DNA of 64,000 nt, from assembly GCA_965218095.1 (NCBI GenBank), contig OZ244587.1:160001-224000 (forward strand), in the 5' to 3' direction. The notes under the pieces are model-generated. The model did no database searches. It worked only from the letters and a program-made list of their open reading frames with translations, and was not told where the DNA came from. Shown piece by piece: positions 63,587 through 64,000 of the stretch (positions within the stretch are counted from its first letter, which is position 1; each line of letters begins with the position of its first letter). Both the position numbers and the translations under genes were made by a program. The DNA comes from Candidatus Poribacteria bacterium. Its GTDB lineage: Bacteria; Poribacteria; WGA-4E; PCPOR2b.

Positions 63587-63746
63587 TCCAGGACAAAAGG
63601 AAGGGCTGGAATCTCTGTATTCCTGAATCTCTGATTCGTTCCCTGAACCTCGTAGGGAAGGGGGCCGGGGGATTAGGTTTGATGGCGATCCGGTGCTAAC
63701 TGAAAAACTCGTATTATATTACAGTAGCAAATCATTGGAGGTATAG

Positions 63747-64000
63747 ATGCAAACAAGGATTGAAACAGACAGCATGGGAAAGATTGAAGTTCCTACGGAT
63801 CGGTACTGGGGTGCGCAGACCCAGCGATCGCTGCAGAATTTTAAGATCGGCGGAGAACGGTTTCCCCGCGAGATGATCTGGGCACTCGGTATTGTCAAAC
63901 AATCCGTTGCTGAAGTGAATGCTGAACTCGGGCACATTGAGCCGGATCAAGCGGATATTATCATCAAAGCGGCGCAGGAAGTGATTGATGGCGTGCTTGA
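63747..64000 (+). CDS. fumC: Class II fumarate hydratase (5' part, runs off window)
   Basis: [32 protein letters not shown]; GGAGG RBS. Confidence 0.9.
   Translation, partial: MQTRIETDSMGKIEVPTDRYWGAQTQRSLQNFKIGGERFPREMIWALGIVKQSVAEVNAELGHIEPDQADIIIKAAQEVIDGVL

Overview
A 64 kb stretch of bacterial chromosome. Gene content and the dense families of short intergenic repeats suggest a Poribacteria-like or other host-associated lineage; this is inference, not a database result. Housekeeping genes are intact (cca, trpS, scpA, alaS, recX, hup, hisB, acnA, larB, start of fumC). Many other genes are broken by nonsense codons, frameshifts or microhomology deletions (glgC, pyk, scpB, an NtrY-like kinase, a restriction endonuclease, a VapBC-like pair, a GNAT, a ceramidase-like gene, a pyruvyl transferase). 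Mobile DNA includes an IS5-family element, an IS3-family element, IS982-family remnants and several MITE/REP families. Highlights: (1) a nested insertion in glgC, where a ~96 bp MITE is itself interrupted by an IS982-end-bounded composite transposon (8-bp TSD TAGAGTTA) carrying one intact gene, a two-domain Nmad3-like putative modified-nucleotide protein; (2) a flavoprotein resembling animal OSGIN1/2 in an apparent operon with a transporter and an oxidoreductase; (3) an orphan fusion of two DNA methyltransferases; (4) a type II R-M system wedged between scpA and a truncated scpB; (5) a stand-alone dsRNA-binding-domain protein divergent from an ankyrin gene. No rRNA, tRNA or CRISPR array was seen.
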